Of a stretch of DNA of 28,196 nt, positions 12,901 through 24,900 are shown in pieces (within the stretch, counting starts at the first letter, position 1; each line of letters opens with the position of its first letter). The notes under the pieces were generated by a model. The model was not told the DNA's origin and made no database searches. It saw only the letters and a program-made list of their open reading frames with translations. The translations under genes were made by a program, and so were the position numbers. The DNA lies in the NCBI GenBank assembly GCA_965233585.1, contig CBDDTI010000413.1, forward strand, positions 1 through 28,196, read 5' to 3'. The DNA is from a bacterium. Its GTDB lineage: Bacteria > SAR324 > NAC60-12.

Positions 12901-15900
12901 GCATTTACGCCCGCCTACGCGACGCATAAACCCCAAACATGTGCCATGCAAGGTTTTGAGACAAACACAGGTTTGAAGGTTTTTGGCTTCTAAGACCCTG
13001 GGAAAGTTCACATTGAACTTTCAAAACTGCAACTCTCTTTGTCATTATACATTACGAGTTTTCACACAAAGCGCAGATGCGTCACCGATACCAGTTCAGA
13101 TTCTAGGGGAGCCAAACATGTGTCAATCAATGATTGCTTCATCAGTTCGCTGTTGGCGCATTGTTGCCCCTACTTTTCCTGTTTCATCCCACGCTGTCAC
13201 TGTTCACATTAGTCACTAGCCGTTAGTCACTCACTAGTCAGATTTCAATACCACTTTGCCCCGTTCTGCTCTGAAAAAGGGCAAGTTAGGCCCAATATTA
13301 AAATGAAAGACATCCGAGTCAACTGCCCCGCAGCTTTTTCCCCCTCTCAGGCTTCTCAGAGCGATGTGCCAAGACTTCCCAGAAAGAGCCTACATGGCCT
13401 AACGGGGATGATGCGAGTCAGACGCGAATGACAGATACAGAGATATACGATTTGATTTTTCTGTGCTTGTGACTTAAGATCACTGCCGTCCATATTCCAG
13501 GATTGAGAATGCGACTGCTGCGGGGGGAGCCAGGTTCCGTGTTTGTTCGCTGTTGTGGGTTTCCGGTGCTGCGTCGCACGCGTGGGGGCGGGGGGCCCAC
13601 ACACGCAGAAACGAAGAGCCAAGAAAAAAAACCATAGCGCAACTCGGGATCGGAGATGGGCCTTTGGTATTGTTGTGGTGGGGGTGGCTGAAAACATAAG
13701 GTTCCTGTGACAAAGTCAGAGCACGAAAAATCAACCATATCAAAACCATATCAAAATCATAAAATCAACCATAACAAAATCATATCAAAATCATAAAAAT
13801 AAATCAAAACATCTGTTTTTTATGATTTCGATATGATTTTGATATGATTTTGATATGCCAAAGTTTATGATTTTCTTATGGTTTTGGAATCTCTCCGTTT
13901 TTTTGATATGATTTTGATATGATTTTCTTATGGTTTTGGAGTCTCTCCGTTTTTTGATATGATTTTGATATGATTTTCTTATGGTTTTGGAGTCTCTCCG
14001 TTTTTTTGATATGATTTTCTTATGGTTTTGGAGTACCTCCGTTTTCTTGATTTGATTTTCTTATGGTTTTGGAGTGCCTCCGTTTTCTTGATATGATTTT
14101 CTTATGGTTTTGGGGTGCCTCCGTCTTTTTGATATGATTTTGTTATTGTTTTCGTCCGGCCACATCTCCCACCCCCGTCGCCGGACCCCGGCCACACCTC
14201 CCATCCCCCTCGTCGGACCCCAGCCACACCTCCCACGCCCGTCGCCGGACCCACCTCCCATCCCGTCGCCAGACAGTGGAACCACTGAGGAACTCTCTGA
14301 TTTCAAACTTTGGTTTCTTTCTGATTCTTTTGGATCTCCAGGCACGTTGCAGCATGCTACAGACCTACAGAGTTCAGTTTGAATATAAGCTTTACCATTT
14401 TGTGGGTGAGGCTGGCAAGAAGAAGAGGTTTTCATAGGTTTTCAATGTTGCTGCAAACTGAGTTTAGGGTGTAGTCACTCGTTCCACATTCCACGGACCA
14501 GTTCATTTCATGCTGTCGTGTCTTTGCACTGTTGCAGACTTCATCTCATCGCTATTCCAGTGCACAAGCCATTCCTACCTACAGGCAGTCCTTTCCCTAT
14601 TCATATTATAGCGTCGCGTCCCTTTTTCAAAACTTCTGTCCCGGTGTTTGTGTGCCATGCGCTCACTACTATAACTACTATTACTACCGATGATGACTTG
14701 ACTTTATCCGAACTGTCTTGATGATGTCATGGACCGCAGAAGCTATGACAGCTATGACAGACTAACTGCCTTGAATAACTGACTATCTGAACTTGAACTA
14801 TGACTGTGACTATGTCTATGTCACCTGACTTTCACTATGACTATGATGATGGCTATGGAGGCAATTCGACTGGACCTTGCGAATGGATCCATACACAGTG
14901 TACAAAGCCTTACATTGCTTATGGGCTTATTAAGCTATTTGGAAAATAGTTTCATGTGATCTTCCAAAGGATATGTCTGTAAGGCAAGGCTAAGGAAATT
15001 TGACATGTCTTGGGTTGCCAGCATGACTAGCACGAGATGGCAAGTGTGACCAGGGTACTCTCTGGAGATTTTGTGAACGTATCGCAGAGCTGATAAACAG
15101 GAAGGATAGGCTGATACGCTGACAACAGAAAAGAGATTAGAATCAGAATGATCGAGTAGAATGAGTATAATAGATTTGACTAGAAAAGATGATAATAGAT
15201 TTAGATCAAAATGTTTGTTTATGATGAACCAAGCAATGCCGGATGCCAGATATGACATCAGGCAAAAATAGAATTGAATAGAAAAGGATACATGACAACA
15301 AAAAAGAATCGAGTTGCGTGATCAAGCTGCTAGCTACTAGTGACTGCTAGCAGCTAGCTAGCTGCCTGTTGCTAGCTGCTAAGCTGCTAGCTGCTAGCTG
15401 CTAGCTGCTTGATCAACAGAAGCTTCACACCAGAACCCAAGAATATATGTAAAGTAAAAATGTCAGATAGAACAGGAAAGAAGAAAATACATCTCATAGA
15501 AAACTTTGAAACATCTAATGAATCTGTGGCTTTGTGGACCAACCAAAAGTGAAGATCAATTTCAATATCATTCGCTTCCTTGCGTTCTACTAGTTACTAG
15601 TTACTTTTTACAATTATATTTAGCTGAGCGTCAAAAAATCAAGCAAATTGAAACATCAAGCAAAACTGAAAGAAAAACTTAATAGATTTTGAATTATGAT
15701 ACGGATAAGGTAAGGATTTTGTTCAGTCTAAAATCTAAAAGTCTAATGTGTTAGCAGCTAAAGCATGTTTTGCTTTTGATTCAAATTTTCATATTTTTTA
15801 AATACAAATAATTTATTGTTTTTTCCATTCTGAAATGTCCAAAAAAATGACAAAATGATTTTTTTACAAAAAAGATACGACCAGCCATAACAAATTTCAT

Positions 15901-18900
15901 AAGAAAAAAATGAAGCACTCCAGGACCATAACAAAACCATATCGAAATCATAACTGTTTTGAGGACAGGCAAAAAAAACATAAAATCAACCATAAGGAAA
16001 CCATAACAAAACCATAACAAAATCATATCAAAATCACAAAAAAAAATATTTTATAAAATAATTTCTCTAGGCAAATGAAAACACATAAATCTATATGTCA
16101 AGTCCTTATATCTTGAATAAGATAAGAGTCTTCTGCAATGAAAACCCTCATTTGATTGTAACGGGTGCAGGTGATGTCAAACAACTTCCAAGCATAGAGG
16201 CATAGAGCCCTGCACCAACAACCAAAATGGAGAGGAGTATGTTGACAATTGCATTGACATAATTTTCAAATACAATATCTTTTTGCAGATACGTAAAAGA
16301 GTATGAGGTAAAGATACAGAAGAGGGAAAGGAATAGAACAAAAATAAATGAAATCTATGATAATTTTTGGCAAAAAGATTTGGATGATTTTTTATGATAT
16401 AAGGAAATACACTTAAAAGGATAATACCTTATAATAGTATGGAGAGTAGAAAGTGCACAAAGTGTAAGAAAAATAAAAATGGTGACGAGTTCAATGGAAT
16501 GTATAGAATGTGTATTGAATGCTTGGACAAACAAAAGGATAGTAACACAGTATATTATAATCAAAAGGAAGTATTTTGAGACATTTGCCAGCAGAATGTG
16601 AAACAATGCAGGTTGTCCAAACATCTTAAACTCGACAGGGATATCAACAAGGAAAAACTCAAAAAGGAAGAAGAGAAAAAACAAAAAGAGATGGAGGAAT
16701 ACTTAAAAGATGATGAAGCCAGAATTGCGAAATTGAAACAAATCTGGAAAACCAATACACCAAAGAACTTTAAAAGACTTAAACCCCATAATTTTTCATA
16801 TCAAAATATATGACAAATATGATACGAACATAGGCATGTTAGAGATGGATGATTTAGATTTATGATATTTTTTATGGCATTGTATTATGATAACATATTA
16901 TGATGAAATTTATGATGACATATTATGATGAAATATTATGAAATTTTATGATTTGAATTTATGTGATGATGGATGATGATGAAATGATGTGGGATGATGA
17001 TGTATGAAATGATGTGGTTTTATTTTGTGTTGATACTGTGATGAAATGATATGAAATGTTGTGAAAATGAAATGTGGTAAATGATGACATGATGGAGGTG
17101 GATGGTATGAACTTAGGTGTGTTTGTGTCTAGCTATATGTATAATATAATATAATATATATATATAATCTCTTTAATAGCATACATATATGAAAACATTG
17201 GGACTATAACCAAATGTCCCATTCCTTTCACCATGATGATCCGCAGAGACCCACAGAGCGAACCCCTTTAACACAAATAGCTAATGACTTCTTTCTCACA
17301 ACCCTTTAACACAGATGTTTGCATAAAATTCCATTCAATCCATAAGAATATATGCCCCAGTGCCTACAAGATAAAGGAAGAAACCCTAAATTAGCATAAA
17401 ACCTCACTTGAAAAACTACCCAGACCTAAGGAAAATTAGGTCTGGGTAATACTGCTTACACTCCATTGGCTAAGCTGCACTAGCTATTCACCCACTGAGA
17501 CATTCTGCCACAGTGGCTTGGTGCAGCCACTCAGCCACTCAGCCACGCAGACGCTCTGGTAAGAGTGGCTGGTCCAGCCGCTCTGCCAGAGTGGCTGGTC
17601 CAGCCGCTCTGCCAGAGTGGCTGAGTGGCTGCTTCGATTTCGCAAGCCGTGTTGCACATCCACTCTTATATTTGCTTGCAAAGATCAAAATTAAAATGGC
17701 TGTCTACTTTCTTTTGGACATACTTTTCAATGTTCGTTGGAATAATTCTCTTAAGACATGATCCAAAAGCAGCAGTGCCATTACAAAGCATAGAGTGGAC
17801 TAAGGCATTTAGCCTCGCAGGCAATTCTAAGATGGTAAAGCCAAAAAGGAACCTAACATTTGGGGATGACTTATTATAAACCTAATTATGAAGATTTTGG
17901 GTGTTGCCATATTAAATTGTATGCTTTTCATTACTTTTCCGTATGTGCCAATATCTGTCCCATTGATACCATTCCGCGCGTGTTTCTCCTTTTTTTCCCC
18001 TTTTCTCTACACCCATTGGATTCTCCACCTCTTGGATTTCTCGACACTGTACGCTTTGCCTCACCGCTTCACGACATTTTCTTGCCCTCTCCCCCTCTCC
18101 AGCTACAAAGAAAAAACAGGCGGAAAGGGGGTGAGGCTTCCCGAAAATAAAGAAAATCAAAAAAATAGATCTTTATTGTCTTTCTTTTCTTTATTTACTT
18201 TTCCAGGTGTCCGACAGGATGAAAATTATAGAAACTAAAGATTTATTTTCTTTATTTTCTTTTTGGGGCTCCAGAAAAATAAAGAAAATGAATATGTTTT
18301 TTCTTTATTTTCTTTATTTTCTTTTTAAGGCTCCAGGAAAATAAAGAAAATAAATCTTTATTTTCTTTATTTTCTTTTTGAGGCCTCAGGAAAATAAAGA
18401 AAATAAAGAAACAAAATCTTTATTTTCTATAGATTCCATCCTGCTGGACACCTGGAAAAGTAAATAAAGAAAATGAAAAAAATAGAGAAAATAAAGAAAA
18501 TAGATTTATTTTCTTTATTTTCTTTATTTTCTTTTTAAGGCTCCAGGAAAATACAGAAAATAAAGAAAATAAATCTTTATTTTCTATAGATTCCATCCTG
18601 CTGGACACCTGCAAAAGTAAATAAAGAAAATAAAGAAAATAAAGAAAATAAATCTGTATTTTCTTTATTTTCTTTTTGAGCCTCCAGGAAAATAAAGAAA
18701 ATAAAGAAAAATATCTTTATTTTCTATAGATTCCATCCTGCTGGACACCTGGAAAAGTAAATAAAGAAAATAAAGAAAATAAATCTTTATTTTCTTTATT
18801 TTCTTTTTTTTTTTGAGGCTCCAGGAAAATAAAGAAAATAAAGAAAAAAAATCTTTATTTTCTTTATTTTCTTTATTTTCTTTTTGAGGCTTCTGGAAAA

Positions 18901-21900
18901 TAAAGAAAATAAATCTTTATTTTCTATAGATTCCATCCTGCTGGACACCTGGAAAAGTAAATAAAGAAAATAAAGAAAATAAATCTTTATTTTCTTTATA
19001 TTCTTTGTTGAGGCTTCAGGAAAATAAAGAAAATAAAGAAAATAAATCTTTATTTTCTATAGATTCCATCCTGCTGGACACCTGGAAAAGTAAATAAAGA
19101 AAATAAAGAAAATAAATCTTTATTTTCTTTATTTTCTTTTTGAGGCTCCAGGAAAATAAAGAAAATAAAGAAAATAAATCTTTATTTTCTATAGATTCCA
19201 TCCTGCTGGACACCTGGAAAAGTAAATAAAGAAAATAAAGAAAATAAATCTTTATTTTCTGTATTTTCTTTATTTTCTTTTTGAGGCTCCAGGAAAATAA
19301 AGAAAATAAAGATAATAAATCTTTATTTTCTTTTTTTTCTTTATTTTCTTTTTGAGGCTCCAGGAAAATAAAGAAAATAAAGAAAATAAATCTGTATTTT
19401 CTTTATTTTCTTTATTTTCTTTTTGAGGCTTCAGGAAAATAAAGAAAATAAAGAAAATAAATCTTTATTTTCTATAGATTCCATCCTGCTGGACACCTGG
19501 AAAAGTAAATAAAGAAAATAAAGAAAATAAAGAAAATAAATCTTTATTTTCTTTATTTTCTTTCTGAGGCTCCAGGAAAATAAAGAAAATAAAGAAAATA
19601 AATCTTTATTTTCTGTATTTTCTTTTTGAGGCTTCAGGAAAATAAAGACAATAAAGAAAATAGATCTTTATTTTCTATAGGTTCCATCCAGCTGGACACC
19701 TGGAAAAGTAAATAAAGAAAATAAAGAAAATAAATCTTTATTTTCATTATTTTCTTTATTTTCCTGAAGCCTCAAAAAGAAAGAAAATAAAGAAAATAAA
19801 GATTTATTTTCTTTATTTTCTGTATTTTCTTTTTGAGGCTTCAGGAAAATAAAGACAATAAAGAAAATAAATCTTTATGTTCTTTATTTTCTTTATTTTC
19901 TTTTTGAGGCTTCAGGAAAATAAAGAAAATAAATCTTTATTTTCTTTATTTTCTTTATTTACTTTTCCAGGTGTCCAGCAGGATGGAATCTATAGAAAAT
20001 AAAGATTTATTTTCTTTATTTTCTTTTTGAGGCTCCAGGAAAATAAAGAAAATAAAGAAAATAAATCTTTATTTTCTTTATTTTCTTTTTGAGGCTTCAG
20101 GAAAATAAAGAAAATAAAGAAAATAAATCTTTATTTTCTTTATTTTCTTTTTGAGGCTCCAGGAAAATAAAGAAAATAAAGAAAATAAATCTTTATTTTC
20201 TATAGATTCCATCGTGCTGGACACCTGGAAAAGTAAATAAAGAAAATAAAGAAAATAAAGATTTAATTTCTTTATTTTCTTTATTTTCTTTATTTACTTT
20301 TCCAGGTGTCCAGAAGGATGGAATCTATAGAAAATAAAGATTTATTTTCTTTATTTTCTTTATTTTCTTTTTGAGGCTCCAGGAAAATAAAGAAAATAAA
20401 TCTTTATTTTCTTTATTTTCTTTTTGAGGCTTCAGGAAAATAAAGAAAATAAAAAAAATAAGTCTTTATTTTCTTTATTTTCTTTATTTTCTTTTTGAGG
20501 CTCCAGGAAAATAAAGAAAATAAAGGAAATAAATCTTTATTTTCTATAGATTCCATCGTGCTGGACACCTGGAAAAGTAAATAAAGAAAATAAAGAAAAT
20601 AAAGAAAATAAAGAAAATAAAGATTTAATTTCTTTATTTTCTTTATTTTCTTTTTGAGGCTCCAGGAAAATAAAGAAAATAAAGAAAATAAATCTTTATT
20701 TTCTTTATTTTCTTTTTGAGGCTCCAGGAAAATAAAGAAAATAAAGAAAATAAATCTTTATTTTCTTTATTTACTTTTGAGGCTCCAGGAAAATAAAGAA
20801 AATAAAGGAAATAAATCTTTATTTTCTATAGATTCCATCGTGCTGGACACCTGGAAAAGTAAATAAAGAAAATAAAGAAAATAAAGATATAATTTCTTTA
20901 TTTTCTTTATTTTCTTTTTGAGGCTCCAGGAAAATAAAGAGATTTATTTTCTTTATTTTCTTTTTGAGGCTTCAGGAAAATAAAGAAAATAAAGAAAATA
21001 AATCTTTATTTTCTTTATTTTCTTTATTTACTTTTCCAGGTGTCCAGAAGGATGGAATCTATAGAAAATAAAGATTGATTTTCTTTATTTTCTTTTTGAG
21101 GCTCCAAGAAAATAAAGAAAATAAAGAAAATAAATCTTTATTTTCTTTATTTTCTTTTTGAGGCTTCAGGAAAATAAAGAAAATAAATCTTTATTTTCTT
21201 TATTTTCTTTTTGAGGCTCCAGGAAAATAAAGAAAATAAAGGAAATAAATCTTTATTTTCTATAGATTCCATCGTGCTGGACAACTGGAAAAGTAAATAA
21301 AGAAAATAAAGATTTAATTTCTTTATTTTCTTTATTTTCTTTTTGAGACTCCAGGAAAATAAAGAAAATAAATCTTTATTTTCTTTATTTTCTTTATTTT
21401 CTTTTGGAGGCTCCAGGAAAATAAAGAAAATAAAGGAAATTAATCTTTATTTTCTTTATTTTCTTTTTGAGGCTCCAGGAAAATAAAGAAAATAAAGGAA
21501 ATAAATCTTTATTTTCTATAGATTCCATCGTGCTGGACACCTGGAAAAGTAAATAAAGAAAATAAAGAAAATATAGATTTAATTTCTTTATTTTCTTTAT
21601 TTTCTTTTTGAGACTCCAGGAAAATAAAGAAAATAAATCTTTATTTTCTTTATTTTCTTTTTGAGGCTCCAGGAAAATAAAGAAAATAAATCTTTATTTT
21701 CTTTATTTTCTTTATTTTCTTTTTGAGGTTTCAGGAAAATAAAGAAAATAAATCTTTATTTTCTTTATTTTCTTTATTTACTTTTGCAGGTGTCCAGAAG
21801 GATGGAATCTATAGAAAATAAAGATTTACTTCTTTATTTTCTTTATTTTCTTTTTAAGGCTCCAGGAAAATAAAGAAAATAAAATAAATCTTTATTTTCT

Positions 21901-24900
21901 TTATTTTCTTTTTGAGGCTCCAGGAAATTAAAGAAAATAAAGAAAATAAATCTTTATTTTCTTTATTTTCTTTTTGAGGCTCCAGGAAAATAAAGAAAAT
22001 AAAGAAAATAAATCTTTATTTTCTTTATTTTCTTTATTTACTTTTCCAGGTGTCCAGCAGGATGGAATCTATAGAAAATAAAGATTTATTTTCTTTATTT
22101 TCTTTATTCTCTTTTTGAGGCTTCAGGAAAATAAAGAAAATAAAGAAAATAAATCTTTATTTTCTTTATTTTCTTTTTGAGGCTCCAGGAAAATAAAGAA
22201 AATAAAGAAAATAAATCTTTATTTTCTATAGATTCCATCGTGCTGGACACCTGGAAAAGTAAATAAAGAAAATAAAGAAAATAAAGATTTAATTTCTTTA
22301 TTTTCTTTTTGAGGCTCCAGGAAAATAAAGAAAATAAATCTTTATTTTCTTTATTTTCTTGTACTTTAAAATAATGAAGATTAGTAAAGGCGTCAAATAG
22401 TACAGAAAGGTCTCTCTAACATATATATATATATTGTGTATATATGTGACGTATGTATATATATATATATAGTGTGTATATATATAGAGAGATGTACACA
22501 TACGACATATGATACATGATTATATCAGTCGTTTGTGACAGGGAGTGCAATCTCAAAGAACATCCGCTACTCGACGAGTACTGTACATAATGTACACAGG
22601 CAGGGCCTCCCTACTGTGAAGAAAACCGGCCAGATTCCTGATTTCATCATCTGAAAAAGTCCTACATGTCGACGCACATCTTCAGGTTGAAAGTTCAAAA
22701 GAGATCTCTCAACAATGTAGCCACCACAGTTCCTTTACCCAATCTACAAAGCCTGTCCCCCAAAACTCCTAGGTTTCAACGTTGTTTGGCATCCTCAAGA
22801 CTTGCAGTGTCTAGGCATCTCCACGGCAGCAACCCTTGAGAAGCACCCAAGCACCGCAAGCGCCCCAAGCGCCTCAGCAGTTCGATGGGTGGTTGTGCTC
22901 CATACTCCTCCACCAGGGGCATGTTGACATCATCAATCAAGATCACCACCTTGGTTTCAGTGGGTTTCAACCACCGGTGGACCATCCAAAGGTCCCTTCC
23001 CCCAGATACCATGCTGGTTTTGTTGGTGGATTTGCACGTATTTAAGGGACGATTTACAGGGTATTGAATATTAACTGGGGGGGATTGGATTAGTTTGAGA
23101 TTTGCTATCTTGAAACATCTTCCACTACCTTTCACCATTTTGGCATCTTGATAGGTTTTCTACTACCTTTCACCCCTACAAAGGGGTCAGACTGACTCAC
23201 ATGACTCACGACCTCCGAGGGCTCTTAGTGGCTCTAAGGGTTCCCGCTGTCTTGTTCACTGGAGCTCCCAAAAGGGTCTTCCTCTTTCTTTCCAACTTGC
23301 TCTCGATGTTGATCTGCGTCTCCTGGCCGAGATGGCTCTGAAATTGGCTATATCCACAAGTTGTAGCCAATTTAGGGAAAATGATGAGATTGACCAGTGG
23401 ATGGAATGGCTACCCTGTTAGATGAAAACCATGCTATATGCTATCCATCAGGTCAGCCCAAGTTAAGTGGGATCAGAATGGCATTGTGACCTCCTCCCTG
23501 CTGTCCAAGACACATAGGCTTTGGTTTGGGCACTGAAAGTCATGTAGACCTCACGCATCGACCCAAACAGGCTATGTAAAGCCTCCCAAAACAATCCTGG
23601 AAGATGCGGATCCCATGAAACCACCAAATTCAACACAAGTGACTCGGCAAACAACGATGATCGATTTAACATTGTTTGTACATAAAGGCATCAAATAAAG
23701 CGGGAGCCGGGCACTATTTATATATATGTATATGTATGTATGTATGTATGTCTGTGTGTATGTATGTATGTGTGTATGTGTGTATGTGTGTATGTGTGTG
23801 TGTGTGTCTGTCTGTATGTCTGTCTGTCTGTATGTATGCATGCATGCATGCTGTATGTGTATGTATATTATATATATGTATGTATGCATGCATGCATGCA
23901 TGGATGGATGGATGGATGTATGTGTGTGTATGTATGTATGTATGTATGTGTATGTATGTATGTGTATGTATGTATGTGTATGTATGTATGTGTATGTATG
24001 TGTATGTATGTGTGTGTATGTATCTGTATGTATGTGTCTGTATGTGTATGTATGTGTATGTATGTGCATGCATGTGCATGTGTATGTATGTGTATGTATG
24101 TGTATGTATGTGTATGTATGTGTATGTATGTGTATCTATGTGTATCTATGTGTATCTATGTGTATCTATGTGTATCTATGTGTATCTATGTGTATCTATG
24201 TGTATCTATGTGTATCTATGTGTATGTATGTGTATGTATGTGTATGTATGTGTATGTATGTGTATGTATGTGTATGTATGTGTATGTATGTGTATGTATG
24301 TTTATGTATGTTTATGTGTATGTATGTGTATGTATGTGTATGTATGTGTATGTATGTGTATGTATGTGTATGTATGTGTATGTATGTGTATGTATGTGTA
24401 TGTATGTGTATGTATGTGCATGTATGGTAGGTAGGTAGGTATGTAGGTAGGTAGGTAGGTATGTAGGTATGTATGTATGTAGGTAGGTATGTAGGTATGT
24501 AGGTATGTATGTCTACTTGGTTTCAAGCTTCACTACTGTAAACCATCCAAAAAAAAGCAATCACACATTCTCCCCAGTTTCCCCCAGAAATGATCAGTGG
24601 AAAAGGTATAGATTTCCTGTCACTTTAATCTGGCTGAATTATCATACCGCCACCTCTGGGGGTGGTTCCCATCCCAGTTTTATATCCCACTACTATCAAT
24701 CCCATTCAAATCTCACATAGCGATAAGTAATATCTCAATGTTTTCTCCCATTCATACCAGCTTCATCCAGGATTATCCATGATCAGTGTGATATCCAACT
24801 ATTAGCCATTATCCATATCATTAAAAGAATATGTGTCGTGATGCTAATAGTTGGATATCACATACAGATTAGATAGATTAGTAATATCAATATCCATTAT

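Larger units (their letters stand above)
9147..17663 (+). mobile_element. Degenerate Polinton-like (pPolB/SF1 helicase) endogenous element
   Basis: 6-bp direct repeat TCTTAT (9141-9146 and 17664-17669) with the empty site visible at 6479-6490; inverted subterminal CAGCCACTCAGCCACTCTG arrays; AT-rich intronless PolB, helicase and zinc-finger cargo. Confidence 0.8.
5345..22421. mobile_element. Large non-autonomous TIR element (TGT...ACA ends) inserted in a (TA)n tract; outer layer of the nest
   Basis: Left end TGTGGAGGGGACCTTTATGTATAGAATGACG versus reverse complement of right end TGTTAGAGAGACCTTTCTGTACTATTTGACG (about 20/31 matches); TATA on both flanks; interior is repeat arrays. Confidence 0.7.

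Noticed and set aside
13240..13402. Possible plus-strand exon (...KKGQVRPNIKMKDIRVNCPAAFSPLRLLRAMCQDFPERAYMA*)
   Set aside because: Isolated short frame with no partner exons or known motif.
14934..15290. Transposase relic in the inner element (minus ORF 14935-15258 or stop-rich plus frame)
   Set aside because: No DDE or other motif that I can recognise; cannot be separated from chance.
9147..17663. Complete infectious Polinton/virophage or Helitron
   Set aside because: No capsid, packaging ATPase, integrase or HUH Rep motifs were seen; the genes are disrupted, and a target duplication argues against a Helitron.
18143..22360. CRISPR-like array (recurring ~35-bp cassette)
   Set aside because: The intervening DNA is the same 9-mer satellite rather than unique spacers, the cassette flips orientation, there are no cas genes, and the context is eukaryotic.
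22776..23138. Stand-alone 120-aa gene
   Set aside because: Only 22873-22949 is dynein coding sequence; the rest is intron read-through.
23572..24526. Long ORFs of 120-250 aa rich in M/C/V/Y or H/T/I
   Set aside because: Translations of microsatellite DNA.
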